Assembly (NCBI GenBank): GCA_046052125.1
Contig: JBJOMY010000005.1
Coordinates: 192,001 to 256,000, forward strand
Source: Cyanobacteriota bacterium
Lineage (GTDB): Bacteria > Cyanobacteriota > Cyanobacteriia > PCC-6307 > Cyanobiaceae
Direction: 5' to 3'
Length of the DNA stretch: 64,000 bases
Shown: positions 38,920 through 52,204 of the stretch, piece by piece
How positions within the stretch are numbered: the first letter of the stretch is position 1
How the letters are laid out: each line of letters starts with the position of its first letter
Notes under the pieces: model-generated
Told to the model about the DNA's origin: nothing
The model's database searches: none
Seen by the model: the letters and a program-made list of their open reading frames with translations, nothing else
Program-made: the position numbers and the translations under genes

Positions 38920-40163
38920 GCCTGCATCTCCAGCAAACGCTCCAGCGGGCACCAGGCGCGAGCCGCTGCGGGCAGGTCCCGCAGCACCTCTTCGCAGAAC
39001 GCGCGTTGCAGCAGCCCGGCCGCCTGATCGGCATCGATGCCACGGCTCTGGAGATAAAAGAGCTCGTCGGTCTGCAAGCTGCTCACGGTGGCGCCGTGGG
39101 CACACTTCACGTCGTCGGCCACGATCTCCAGCTCGGGCTTCGTGTCGATCCTTGCGCGATCGGAGAGGAGCAGGCTGCGGCTGAGCTGCGCGGCATTGGT
39201 GCGCTGCGCTGCTCGCGGCACCCGCACGGCGCCGTTAAACACGCTGCGCCCCTGGCCCGCCGCCACGGCTTTGTGGAGCTGATCGAGTTGCCCTTCGGGG
39301 CCCTTGAACTCCACAAAGCTGTGGGTATCGGCAATCTGCTGACCGGACACCACCTGCAGGCCGCGCACCACGGTGTTGGCCTCTCCATCCACCTGAACGG
39401 CCCGCGGCTCCAGACGGGACAAGCCCCAGCCAGCAGACACGCTGCAGAGCTGGGCCTCGCTTTCCGGCTCCTGTTCCAGCGCCACGTGGGCCAACAAGGC
39501 CGCATCAGAGCGACCCAAGGCCACCAAACCGTGGTGGAGGCGGGCGCCGCGGGCCAGGTGCGCTTCAACCACCAGGCTGTGCAGCCCCGATCCCTGAGCA
39601 TCCACTAGTTGAGAGAGATCGAGCTGGGCTTTTTCCTCCAGCAGCAGCAGCAAGCGCAGGGCTTGCAGCCCCTGCGAAGCCGCACTGATCAGCTCCAAAC
39701 TCACTTGGCTGCGGCTGCTCACTCGCAAGGCCAAGACCCTCTCAGCGGATGCGTGGTTGAGCTCCACCGGCCAATGCTGTTCGCAGCCGACAGCTGCGAG
39801 CGTGTGGCCCAGGCCCTGAGCCACCTCAGCGGCACTCAGCGCCTGCAAACCGGCCGGCAGCAACTGACCCGCCAGGGGATCAGTGGTGCCGTTCCACTCG
39901 AGCCGGCAGACACCAGCCGCCGCAGAGGGCAGCGTTAACGGTGCAGGCGCTGCGGATTGAGCCAGCGGAAGGCTGGAGAGCAAACCAAGATCGGTGAAGC
40001 GCCAGTCTTCTTGCCGTGAGGAGGGCAAGGGCAAACGGGCAAGGGCATCACGGCCCCGCTGCTGCACCTGCTGCAACTCACCATTGGGAGCAGGAAGCCC
40101 AGTGAGCCAGCTCTCCAACCAGGCTGCCTTGCTGGACGTGGGGACCGCCAGGCTTGCGCTCAT
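38916..40163 (-). CDS. sufD: Fe-S cluster assembly protein SufD
   Basis: EDWRFTD, KPELEIVADDVKCAHGAT and FYLQSRGI motifs. Confidence 0.93.
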   Translation of the reverse strand: MSASLAVPTSSKAAWLESWLTGLPAPNGELQQVQQRGRDALARLPLPSSRQEDWRFTDLGLLSSLPLAQSAAPAPLTLPSAAAGVCRLEWNGTTDPLAGQLLPAGLQALSAAEVAQGLGHTLAAVGCEQHWPVELNHASAERVLALRVSSRSQVSLELISAASQGLQALRLLLLLEEKAQLDLSQLVDAQGSGLHSLVVEAHLARGARLHHGLVALGRSDAALLAHVALEQEPESEAQLCSVSAGWGLSRLEPRAVQVDGEANTVVRGLQVVSGQQIADTHSFVEFKGPEGQLDQLHKAVAAGQGRSVFNGAVRVPRAAQRTNAAQLSRSLLLSDRARIDTKPELEIVADDVKCAHGATVSSLQTDELFYLQSRGIDADQAAGLLQRAFCEEVLRDLPAAARAWCPLERLLEMQA

Positions 40164-40957
40164 CAGGCCACCTCCGCCGCCAGGGCGGCCAATTCCTGAT
40201 CCACCCAGTCGTAACCGCGCTGCTCAAGCTCAAGAGCCAGCTCCTTCCCACCGGTGCGCAGGATCCGGCCCGCGGCCATCACATGCACGTAGTCGGGAGT
40301 GATCGCATCCAGTAGGCGCTGGTAGTGGGTGATCAGCAGGGTGGCGTTATCGGCGTTGGCCAACTGATTCACCCCACCGGCCACGATGCGCAGGGCATCG
40401 ATATCGAGGCCGGAATCGGTTTCATCGAGGATCGCCACCAGGGGCTCCAGCAGAGCCATCTGCAGGATCTCGTTGCGCTTTTTCTCACCGCCGCTGAAGC
40501 CCTCGTTCACGGAACGATCGAGGAAAGCGGGGTCCATCTGAACCACCTTCAGGCGCTCCCGCACCAGGTCTTCGAAGGCGAAGGTGTCGAGCTCTTCGTG
40601 GCCCTGCTCCATGCGACGGGCGTTGGTGGCCACGCGCAGGAACTCGAGATTGCTCACCCCGGGGATCTCCACGGGGTACTGGAACCCAAGGAACACGCCG
40701 ATCCGTGCCCGCTGTTCAGGGTCGAGATCCAGCAGGTTCTCGCCGCGGTAGCTCACGCTCCCGGAGGTCACGGTGTAAGCGGGGTGACCGGCCAGCACCT
40801 TGGAAAGCGTGCTCTTGCCGCTGCCGTTGCGGCCCATCACGGCGTGAATCTCGCCAGCGCGAATGGTGAGGTTCACCCCTTTGAGGATTGCCTTGTCCTC
40901 CACCCGGGCATGGAGATCACGGATCTCAAGCAGAACGGGAGCGTCGGGGCGGATCAC
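40163..40957 (-). CDS. sufC: Fe-S cluster assembly ATPase SufC
   Basis: [27 protein letters not shown] and [11 protein letters not shown] motifs. Confidence 0.97.
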   Translation of the reverse strand: MIRPDAPVLLEIRDLHARVEDKAILKGVNLTIRAGEIHAVMGRNGSGKSTLSKVLAGHPAYTVTSGSVSYRGENLLDLDPEQRARIGVFLGFQYPVEIPGVSNLEFLRVATNARRMEQGHEELDTFAFEDLVRERLKVVQMDPAFLDRSVNEGFSGGEKKRNEILQMALLEPLVAILDETDSGLDIDALRIVAGGVNQLANADNATLLITHYQRLLDAITPDYVHVMAAGRILRTGGKELALELEQRGYDWVDQELAALAAEVA

Positions 40958-41037
40958 GGCGTTGGAGTTGGGGAGAAGCGTGGAACAGAAGGAATGCGGT
41001 CAGGAGAGGCGCAGCTGGCCGGGCGATGGGGCACTAC

Positions 41038-42480
<1,443 letters not shown>

Positions 42481-42487
42481 CGTGTTT

Positions 42488-42841
42488 TCAACCGGCGCAA
42501 TGGGCCTTCACTTCTTCGAGCGTGATCGTTTGCTTTTCACCACGGAATGGGTTGTCTTCCGTGAGAAACAGCATGCAGTGGCACTCCTTGCGCTCACGCA
42601 TCGGCACGCAGGGGCAGTTCCAGAAGGCCTGCGCCACTTCAGCCTGCTTGTCTTCGTAATGACGGCAGGGGCAGAGGGCGCCACCGAGCTCGTCCTTATG
42701 ACGGGCCAGGCCCTCCAGCACCACAGCCGTGACGCTGGGATCGCTGCAGAAGTAGGTGCCCGTGCGCTGCGCGTAGGTTTCGGCGAACTTGCGGATCACC
42801 TCAAGGCTGTCGCTGGCTTGGGGGGCAGGAGCTGCAGACAT
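42488..42841 (-). CDS. ftrC: Ferredoxin-thioredoxin reductase catalytic subunit
   Basis: CPC, CPC and CHC motifs. Confidence 0.95.
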   Translation of the reverse strand: MSAAPAPQASDSLEVIRKFAETYAQRTGTYFCSDPSVTAVVLEGLARHKDELGGALCPCRHYEDKQAEVAQAFWNCPCVPMRERKECHCMLFLTEDNPFRGEKQTITLEEVKAHCAG

Positions 42842-42892
42842 GAGCGCAGAGGCGAGACGGAGATGGAGTGCCGATGCAGGCTTGACCAGCGA

Positions 42893-42916
42893 TTACGAAA
42901 CGATCACGTTTCGCAA
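42893..42916. promoter_or_regulatory. Candidate SufR operator
   Basis: Inverted repeat TTACGAAAC-GATCAC-GTTTCGCAA between the divergent ftrC-suf and sufR genes. Confidence 0.6.
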
Positions 42917-43040
42917 GTCGACCCTAAAGCACACCAACGGCACCCGGGGATGAGGGCCATTGTGGCGTGTGGCGGCGCCGCAACATCCACTCGCCAGCCG
43001 TTGAAGGGGCGTGGCATGGTGTGGTGGTAAAGAGTTGGTC

Positions 43041-43676
43041 ATGAGCGCCTCGACGCAGGCACCCACACGCGAAGCAGCCCTCACCCTGATGCTGCGCCAG
43101 GGTGAGGCCACTGCCGCTCAGCTGGCCGAGGCGCTGTCTGTCTCCGTTCAAGTGATGCGCCGCCACCTGCGCTCACTGGAAGAGGAAGGGCTGGTTGAGG
43201 CCAGCCCAGCACCGGAAGGGCCAGGGCGTCCCTCGAATCTCTGGCACCTCACCGCCGCCGGTCGCCGGCAGTTCCCCAATGGCAGCGAGCACTTCGCCCT
43301 GGGACTGCTCAGTTCGATGGCCTCAAGCCTGCCCGCCGACATGGTGGATCAACTGCTCAAACGGCAAGCAGCGGAAAAGGCAGCGGACTATCGCCGTCTG
43401 ATTGGTGAAGGCGATCTGCAACAACGGCTGGAGCGGCTGGTTGAGCTGCGCCGGCGCGAGGGTTACGTGGCCGAGTTCAGGCCCAATCCCGATGGGGATG
43501 GCTGGGTGATCAGCGAATTCCACTGTTCTGTGATGAAGATCGCGGAACACTTCCCCTGCGTGTGCGACCAGGAACTTCAGCTCATCCGCCACACCTTCCC
43601 CGATTGCGCGGTGGAGCGGGTGCACTGGTTGCTGGATGGTGGTCACGCCTGCGGTTTCTTGCTGCAGCCGTGCTGA
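43041..43676 (+). CDS. sufR: Fe-S cluster biosynthesis regulator SufR
   Basis: N-terminal HTH (RRHL...GRP); four C-terminal Cys; divergent from the suf operon. Confidence 0.93.
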   Translation: MSASTQAPTREAALTLMLRQGEATAAQLAEALSVSVQVMRRHLRSLEEEGLVEASPAPEGPGRPSNLWHLTAAGRRQFPNGSEHFALGLLSSMASSLPADMVDQLLKRQAAEKAADYRRLIGEGDLQQRLERLVELRRREGYVAEFRPNPDGDGWVISEFHCSVMKIAEHFPCVCDQELQLIRHTFPDCAVERVHWLLDGGHACGFLLQPC

Positions 43677-44047
43677 GCGAACAGGACCTCAGCGAACTAG
43701 AGAGCACCCTGTTGCCGGCCCTTGAGCGGCACCATCTGCGTTTGCTGGCCCACAGCCTGCGTTGTCTGCAGCAAGCCGCCGCCCCGTCGCATCAACTCCC
43801 AGCGCAAGAGGGCCTCACCGCCTGGGCCCAGCAACAACCCAACCTGGCGGTCGACCCCACCTTCATTCCCGTGTTGGTGGAGCAACTCGGTAAAGCGGCC
43901 GTTCAGCTCCAGGCCATTGGCGATGAACTCAACAAAATCCCGCTCGAGCTCGAGATCAGCGATCTGGTGCGTTGGGGCCAGACGCAGGCGGATCAACGGC
44001 TAGGCGGCACGGTGAACACACCCGCCGTTAACCCACCAGACAGCTAA
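43670..44047 (+). CDS. Hypothetical protein
   Basis: GTG start overlapping the end of sufR; LLPALERHHLRLLAHSL. Confidence 0.7.
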   Translation: MLSEQDLSELESTLLPALERHHLRLLAHSLRCLQQAAAPSHQLPAQEGLTAWAQQQPNLAVDPTFIPVLVEQLGKAAVQLQAIGDELNKIPLELEISDLVRWGQTQADQRLGGTVNTPAVNPPDS

Positions 44048-44891
44048 CCCCCGCCAGGGCCAGCAGCGCCGCCAGCCAGCCGCACCAGCCTGGGCGATCC
44101 CCTTCGAGATGGGCCAGGGGAATCGCCATCACAGGCGCGGTTGCCATCAACGCCACCGCCACTCCACCAGGCAACCGCTGAAGCGCTGCCTGCTGCAACA
44201 CGATCCCAGCGGTGGTGCCCAGCAGCGTGGCCGCCAGCCCCCAGGGCCAGCGCACTGCGACCGGCTGCGGCCCCCAGCGCACCGCCGATAAGCGGCGCAG
44301 CAACGGCAGCAGCACCAGGACTGCCGCCAGCAAACGCACCAGGGCCGACTGGAACGGATCCAAGCCATCAACACGCAGTGCGGCCCGCGAGAGCAGGGCC
44401 CCGCTGCTGCCGCAGAGCAGAGCAGCCAAGGCCAGCAGTACCCCTTGAAGCTCCCGGCGCTGCGAGCCCCCGACCTCCGGCCGTTGCCAGGCCACCAGGA
44501 GGAGCGCCGCGGTGATCAGCGCCAACCCGAGCCACTGCACAGCCGCCGGCAGCTCCGCCAGCCAGAGGGCCCCACCCACAGCAGCCACGGCCGGGCCGCC
44601 AGCATCGATGGTGAGGGTGCGGCGCGTACCCAAACGGCGCAGGGCCGCGAAATAAAAGCTGTCGCCGGCGGCGATGCCCACCACCCCACTGAGGGCGAGC
44701 AACAACAAGGGGCCAGGGTCTCCCAAGCCGCCTCGCCCCAACACCAGCGGCAGCAGAACCGCCACCGCGAGAAGGTTCTTGAGCAGATTGAGCTCAGCAG
44801 CGCTGAGCGAGGTGGGCAGTCGCCGCCACAGGCTGCTGGCCACGGTCCAACAGAAGGCAGCCGCCAAAGCAGCCAGGGCGCCAATCAGCAC
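44028..44891 (-). CDS. DMT/EamA family transporter
   Basis: Multi-TM protein with a two-repeat pattern; GIAAGDSFYF. Confidence 0.85.
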   Translation of the reverse strand: MLIGALAALAAAFCWTVASSLWRRLPTSLSAAELNLLKNLLAVAVLLPLVLGRGGLGDPGPLLLLALSGVVGIAAGDSFYFAALRRLGTRRTLTIDAGGPAVAAVGGALWLAELPAAVQWLGLALITAALLLVAWQRPEVGGSQRRELQGVLLALAALLCGSSGALLSRAALRVDGLDPFQSALVRLLAAVLVLLPLLRRLSAVRWGPQPVAVRWPWGLAATLLGTTAGIVLQQAALQRLPGGVAVALMATAPVMAIPLAHLEGDRPGWCGWLAALLALAGVSCLVG

Positions 44892-44955
44892 AACAACGAA
44901 CTGCGCCCAGAGAAGCGTGATGGCTTGCGATCATCGCTGCAGCTGCCGCACCGCT

Positions 44956-45570
44956 GTGAGCCTCGCCATCGAGAACGCCCTCAGCTTTTTTCAGCTGAGT
45001 TGCGGCCGCTGGCGCTCTCAGCGGAGCGTGCATCACCTGCTGCATCGGCGCGCCGAAGCGGGCGGATCGCTGATTGTTGTTGAGGAACTGGCCGCCAGCG
45101 ACCAACGCCTTCAGGAGCTCGCCCAACTGCATGGCCAAGACCCAGCAGGACTGGTGGGGGGCTGCTGGGTGCGCTGGAGCGCATCCATGGCCTGGGACAA
45201 AGCGGGCGAAGACCACACCGGCGAGAGCGTGATCGGCCTGATCCCCACCGATGCGCAGGGCCGCGAAGGCATCCTGCTGCGGGATCTGGGCTATGCGGAA
45301 AAAGCGCCCGCCAGCTCGCGCTTCTGCATGGATGAGCGCGATGGCCTGCTGCTCAACACCGACTACGAAACGATGAGTGTGTGGGAGCGTTTCGCCTTCG
45401 CCGGGCCGAATGTGCGGGTGCGCAGCAGCACCGTGGAGGGGCTCTCCAACAACGCCTCCTTCTGCATCGAAACCCGCTGCGACGACAGCCAGCAGCATCG
45501 ACCCACCGCCTCGGCGCAGTCCGCCTCCGATGAAACAAGCCAGCCGGCCCTGTCGCTGCTGGGCTGGTAA
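44956..45570 (+). CDS. cpcS: Phycobiliprotein lyase, CpcS/CpeS family
   Basis: FFQLSCGRWRSQRSVHHL, GYAEK and ERFAFAGPNVR motifs; adjacent to cpcG. Confidence 0.8.
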   Translation: MSLAIENALSFFQLSCGRWRSQRSVHHLLHRRAEAGGSLIVVEELAASDQRLQELAQLHGQDPAGLVGGCWVRWSASMAWDKAGEDHTGESVIGLIPTDAQGREGILLRDLGYAEKAPASSRFCMDERDGLLLNTDYETMSVWERFAFAGPNVRVRSSTVEGLSNNASFCIETRCDDSQQHRPTASAQSASDETSQPALSLLGW

Positions 45571-45675
45571 GCGCCGCCGGTGGCGAACGTTACGGACTGT
45601 GAGTCCTGACTGAGGCCGCTCAGTGGAGTCCTGACTGCACTTCTACGATCAGCCACGACGGATGCCGAAGTTCGA

Positions 45676-46434
45676 GTGGCCCTCCCCCTCCTGAAGTACG
45701 CGCCCACAACGCAGAACTCGCGTGTGGATCCCCTTCGCGCGGGCTCGGACGAGGATCCCAAAGCCGTGTCCATGGACAAGGCGATGGATCGCGAAGACCA
45801 GAACTTCGTGATTGAAGCGGCTTACCGCCAGATCTTCTTCCACGCCTTCAAAGTCGATCGCGACCGCACCCTGGAGTCCCAGCTGCGCAATGGTCAGATC
45901 ACCGTGCGGGACTTCATCCGCTCGCTCTGCCTGTCGGACACCTTTAACCGCAGCTTCTACAACCTCAACAGCAACTACAAGGTGGCCCGCCACCTGGTGG
46001 AGAAGCTGCTGGGCCGCCAGACCCACGGCAAATCTGAAGAGATCGCCTGGTCGGCCGTGCTGATGACCCGCGGCGTCAAGGGCATGGTGGACGACATCCT
46101 CGACAGCGAGGAGTATCTGAACGCCTTCGGTTACGACACCGTTCCTTACCACCGCAACCGCGTGGTGGGCAGCCGTGACCTGGGCGAGACCCCCTTCAAC
46201 ATCACCAGCCCCCGCTACGACGCCTACTACCGCGGCATCCTGGGCTTCCCCCAGATCGTGTACACCGGCACCGCCCGCAAACTGCCCGAGCGCTCCCTGC
46301 AGCGCCGCGGTGGCTTCCCTCAGGACTACATGCCCTGGGTGCGCACCCTGCCCGCTCTCCGCGGTGCCAGCGCCGCCGGCAGTGCCGATATCGATTACCT
46401 CTCCAAGGTTCCTTACCGCAGCCTGGGCCGCTGA
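45676..46434 (+). CDS. cpcG: Phycobilisome rod-core linker polypeptide
   Basis: MALPLLKYAPTTQNSRV, AAYRQIF and LESQLRNGQITVRDFIR; hydrophilic C-terminus argues against CpcL. Confidence 0.95.
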   Translation: MALPLLKYAPTTQNSRVDPLRAGSDEDPKAVSMDKAMDREDQNFVIEAAYRQIFFHAFKVDRDRTLESQLRNGQITVRDFIRSLCLSDTFNRSFYNLNSNYKVARHLVEKLLGRQTHGKSEEIAWSAVLMTRGVKGMVDDILDSEEYLNAFGYDTVPYHRNRVVGSRDLGETPFNITSPRYDAYYRGILGFPQIVYTGTARKLPERSLQRRGGFPQDYMPWVRTLPALRGASAAGSADIDYLSKVPYRSLGR

Positions 46435-46457
46435 GCCCTGGCAGTTGGACCACTCAG

Positions 46458-46484
46458 GCGGCGGGGCAACCCGCCGCTTTTTTT
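46458..46484 (+). terminator. Rho-independent terminator of cpcG
   Basis: GCGGCGGG-GCAA-CCCGCCGC followed by TTTTTTT. Confidence 0.92.
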
Positions 46485-46596
46485 ATGGCGTCCAGCCACG
46501 CCCCAACCCGTCTTGGGATGCTGACTACCTGGACACAGATCGGGCAGGACCTGTGAGAGTTAATCAGACTGATCCCAAACAGAATCCGGAGGAGCT

Positions 46597-47643
46597 GTGA
46601 GTCAGACCCTGTCATCGCTGGCCCGGATGACCTTGCGCCAACTGCGCCAGGTGGCGAGCGAGCTGGGTGTGACCCTCTACAGCCGCAAAACGAAGGAAGA
46701 GCTGGTGAGCGCCATCGGCGAGCGCCAAGCCGATCTCACCAGCCTTGAGCAGGAGCACGCCCCGAGCCGGCAGCTCGATGAAACCCGGGTGGTGTTTCTC
46801 CCACGCGATCCCCAGTGGGCCTACGTGTTCTGGGAAATCTGCGAACGCGACCGCCAGCAGGCCTTCAAGGCAGGCGCCAGCCAGCTGTGCCTGCGCGTGG
46901 CCGATGTCACCGGAATGAACAACGGCGGCAGCCACCCGCACACCCTCCAAGAGGTACCGGTGGATAGCCACGCCACCGAGTGGTATCTCCCCGTTCCCCT
47001 GAGCGATCGCGATTACCGCGTCGAGCTCGGCTACCGCGTGAGCGGTGGCGGCTGGATCTCGTTGGCCTTCTCCTCGGTGGCACGGGTGCCAGCGCTGCAC
47101 CCCAGCGAGCAGATCCTCGATCAGTTCGTGCCCTTCTCACTCGACACGCCTCCCACCACCATCAGCCCGCAGACGCTGCCCAGCAGCGACAACGGCCTGC
47201 ATGAGCGGCTCTACCAAACCGCAACCCTGGGCACCCGCCGTCTCGGCCGTGGCTCCGAGGCCTTCCACGAACTCGATCAGGGCAGCGGCGCCGGCTTGAA
47301 CGCCTCGGGCGCGGGCGTTTGGGCCAGCGGTCGCAGCGAATCGGGTTCCGGTGTTGTGGCCCCTCGGCAGCGCTCGTTCTGGCTGGTAGCTGATGCCGAA
47401 CTGATCGTGTACGGCGCCACCGATCCCTCCGCCAAGCTCAGCATTGGCGGCGAGGAGGTTCCTCTCTCCAGCGACGGCACCTTCCGGATCCAGGTGCCGT
47501 TCCGGGATGGTCAGCAGGTGTACGCGATCGAGGCCGTGGCAGCCGATGGCGAACAGAAGCGCAACATCACGCTCGATTTCGAGCGCACCACTCCGGAAGA
47601 CAACAGCAACCCGAGCGATCAAGCTGTGGCGGAATGGTTCTGA
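46597..47643 (+). CDS. DUF4912 domain protein with Rho N-terminal-like domain
   Basis: TLRQLRQVA...YSRKTKEEL, LPRDPQWAYVFWE and FWLVADAELIVYGAT motifs. Confidence 0.87.
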   Translation: MSQTLSSLARMTLRQLRQVASELGVTLYSRKTKEELVSAIGERQADLTSLEQEHAPSRQLDETRVVFLPRDPQWAYVFWEICERDRQQAFKAGASQLCLRVADVTGMNNGGSHPHTLQEVPVDSHATEWYLPVPLSDRDYRVELGYRVSGGGWISLAFSSVARVPALHPSEQILDQFVPFSLDTPPTTISPQTLPSSDNGLHERLYQTATLGTRRLGRGSEAFHELDQGSGAGLNASGAGVWASGRSESGSGVVAPRQRSFWLVADAELIVYGATDPSAKLSIGGEEVPLSSDGTFRIQVPFRDGQQVYAIEAVAADGEQKRNITLDFERTTPEDNSNPSDQAVAEWF

Positions 47644-47653
47644 GCGCCCTGCG

Positions 47654-47827
47654 ATGAAAGCCCTTGTGGCCCTCACGCCGATCACGGGAGCCGTGGTGCT
47701 CCCGTTGGTGGTGACCCTGTTGATGGTGAAGGTGAACATCGGCACCGGGGTGCTGGCCGCCGTTGTGGCGAGCAGCCTCTGGTTTGTGGCGATGCTGCGC
47801 ACCTCGGAACTGCCTGAACACGGCTGA
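47654..47827 (+). CDS. Small two-TM membrane protein
   Basis: ATG 10 nt after the upstream stop; two hydrophobic segments. Confidence 0.65.
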   Translation: MKALVALTPITGAVVLPLVVTLLMVKVNIGTGVLAAVVASSLWFVAMLRTSELPEHG

Positions 47828-47873
47828 GGCCCGGGCCAGCGGGGAATGCTCCTGAGAGCACAGGATTGGCTGC

Positions 47874-49319
47874 GTGGGCAATTCCCTAAGGCGATGGGGC
47901 GGCGGCTGCAGCCTGATCGCCCTGGCCCTGATGCAGGGTTGCGGCATCGAGGCTGGCCGAGTGCTCGGAACACGGCCCGATCCATTGCCGTTGCCTGCCG
48001 GCATCAGCGTGGCGTTCAACCACCGCAGCGATGGCCACTACCGCAGCCCCATCCACGGCCAACCGCGCAATGGCGACGACCTTGAAGCGCTGCTGATCAG
48101 CAACATCAAGGCCGCCAAACGCGAAATCCTGGTGGCCGTGCAGGAGCTCTCCCTGCCGAAGATCGCGCTGGCTCTGGCGCAGCAACATCGCCGCGGGATC
48201 AGCGTGAAGGTGGTGCTGGAAAACACCTACAGCACCCCTTGGAGCGAGCAGCACGAGGCGGAGCTCGATGGCCATGGGCGCCAACGGCACCAGCTGCTCA
48301 AGGCCCTGGCCGACAGCAACCATGACGGCCAACTCAGCCTTGAGGAACAGCGCAGCGGTGATGCCGTGGCGATCCTCCAAGCCGCCGGGATTCCGCTGCT
48401 GGATGACACGGCCGATGGCAGCAAGGGCAGCGCCCTGATGCACTCGAAATATGTGGTGATCGACCGCCGGGTGGTGATCACCGGTTCAACCAACTTCACC
48501 GCCTCCTGCATCCATGGCGACGCGGCAGACCCGAGCACACGCGGCAATGTGAACCACCTGCTGCGGCTTGAGGGCGCCGAGCTAGCGGAACGCTTCGCCA
48601 GCGATTTCAGCCAGATGTGGGGCGATGGGCCTGGCGGTGAACCCGACAGCCGCTTTGGCCTAGCGAAGCAGTCGGGCCCAGCCGCTCAAGTGCTGGTGGG
48701 CACAACGCCTGTGGAGGTGCTGTTCGCCCCCCACAAACGCAACGATCCGCATCACGGACTGGCACTGATCGCCAACACCTTGGCCACCGCGCAGAGCCGC
48801 GTTGATCTGGCCCTGTTTGTGTTCTCCGCCCAATCCCTCACCGATGTGCTCACGCAGCTGAGGGGGCGCGGCGTCCGTCTACGGCTCCTGGCGGATCCGG
48901 GCTTTGCCAGCCGCTCCTTCTCCGAGGTGCTCGACCTACTCGGCGTCGCTATGGCGGATCGACACTGCAAGTTGGAAGCCAACAACCGCCCGGTTGCGGT
49001 AGCCGCCGAGGGTGTGGGCATTCCGCGCCTGGCCAGGGGGGACAAGCTGCATCACAAGTTCGCGGTTCTCGATGGCAAGACCGTGATCACAGGGAGCTTC
49101 AACTGGAGCCCGAGCGCCGCTCATCAAAACGATGAGGTGTTGCTGGTGATCCACTCACCATTGCTCGCAGCACACTTCACCCGAGAGATGGATCGCCTCT
49201 GGAAGGGGGCGGAGCTGGGGATCACAGAGCGACTGCTTCGGAAGCTGCAGGACAACCGCAGGCGCTGCGGCAGTGGGGTCCAGCGGGAGTCGACGCAGGT
49301 GAGCAGCACCCAGCCCTGA
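47874..49319 (+). CDS. Phospholipase D/nuclease family protein (ComA-like)
   Basis: Two HKD motifs (HSKYVVID, HHKFAVLD), each followed by GSxN; N-terminal lipobox-like MQGC. Confidence 0.88.
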   Translation: MGNSLRRWGGGCSLIALALMQGCGIEAGRVLGTRPDPLPLPAGISVAFNHRSDGHYRSPIHGQPRNGDDLEALLISNIKAAKREILVAVQELSLPKIALALAQQHRRGISVKVVLENTYSTPWSEQHEAELDGHGRQRHQLLKALADSNHDGQLSLEEQRSGDAVAILQAAGIPLLDDTADGSKGSALMHSKYVVIDRRVVITGSTNFTASCIHGDAADPSTRGNVNHLLRLEGAELAERFASDFSQMWGDGPGGEPDSRFGLAKQSGPAAQVLVGTTPVEVLFAPHKRNDPHHGLALIANTLATAQSRVDLALFVFSAQSLTDVLTQLRGRGVRLRLLADPGFASRSFSEVLDLLGVAMADRHCKLEANNRPVAVAAEGVGIPRLARGDKLHHKFAVLDGKTVITGSFNWSPSAAHQNDEVLLVIHSPLLAAHFTREMDRLWKGAELGITERLLRKLQDNRRRCGSGVQRESTQVSSTQP

Positions 49320-49356
49320 AAGGCAGCAGGATGGGCAGACCACTGAGCAGAGCTTG

Positions 49357-49538
49357 ATGGCGCAGCCCTCCCACCAGCTGTTGATCCTGCTGCCCTGGAG
49401 CGTGTTTGCCCTGGCTGCGGGGCTGAAGTTCTGGCAGATGAGCCGCTGGCTGCGGCGGCCATTGATGGAGAGCCGCACCAACACCGATCAGATGCGGGCC
49501 TCGCTGGAGCGGATCTGGCAGCGCCAACAAAACGCAGC

Positions 49539-49542
<4 letters not shown>
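49357..49542 (+). CDS. Small hypothetical membrane protein
   Basis: One TM segment; C-terminal RASLERIW. Confidence 0.6.
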
Positions 49543-51708
<2,166 letters not shown>

Positions 51709-51722
51709 TCACACGACGAACG

Positions 51723-51772
51723 CCACAGAAGGCAGAGAAGATCTGAATTGAGCCCTTCTCTGCCTTCTGTGG
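51723..51772. repeat. Perfect 18-bp inverted repeat; probable terminator or stabilising hairpin
   Basis: CCACAGAAGGCAGAGAAG, 14-nt spacer, CTTCTCTGCCTTCTGTGG; lies between convergent genes. Confidence 0.85.
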
Positions 51773-51775
51773 TCC

Positions 51776-52204
51776 TCAGGAACGCTCTAGCTCAGCCAGA
51801 TAACTCACGTGAACGGGGCGCGTCCAATAAAGGGCTACCGGAATCGCAACCAACTCGTTGATGAACATGGTACGGATGTAAGACGCCAGCTCGATTTGCC
51901 CTTGAGCCAGCAGCCAGAGCTGAGCCACCAGGATCTTGATCACGCCGGCCCACAGGATCACCCGCAGCCAGTTCAGAGCGTTCAAGGACTTGCGAGTCGC
52001 CACGCCAAACATCGCGATCAAAACGGCGATCGACAGAACAATTCCGAGTGAGTGCGGCAGCACCAGCTCAGTGATGCCACGGGCTGGATACACCCGCAGT
52101 CCGGCAATGAAGATGGCCAGCAAGACCGCCTGGTGCACATAAACAATCCGTGAGAACAAGCCAAAGCCACGGGGCTTGGTCTGTCGATGATCGGACGTCA
52201 TCAA
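51776..52204 (-). CDS. Hypothetical membrane protein (about four TM segments)
   Basis: Hydrophobic segments; ATGA overlap with the RND permease stop. Confidence 0.7.
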   Translation of the reverse strand: MMTSDHRQTKPRGFGLFSRIVYVHQAVLLAIFIAGLRVYPARGITELVLPHSLGIVLSIAVLIAMFGVATRKSLNALNWLRVILWAGVIKILVAQLWLLAQGQIELASYIRTMFINELVAIPVALYWTRPVHVSYLAELERS

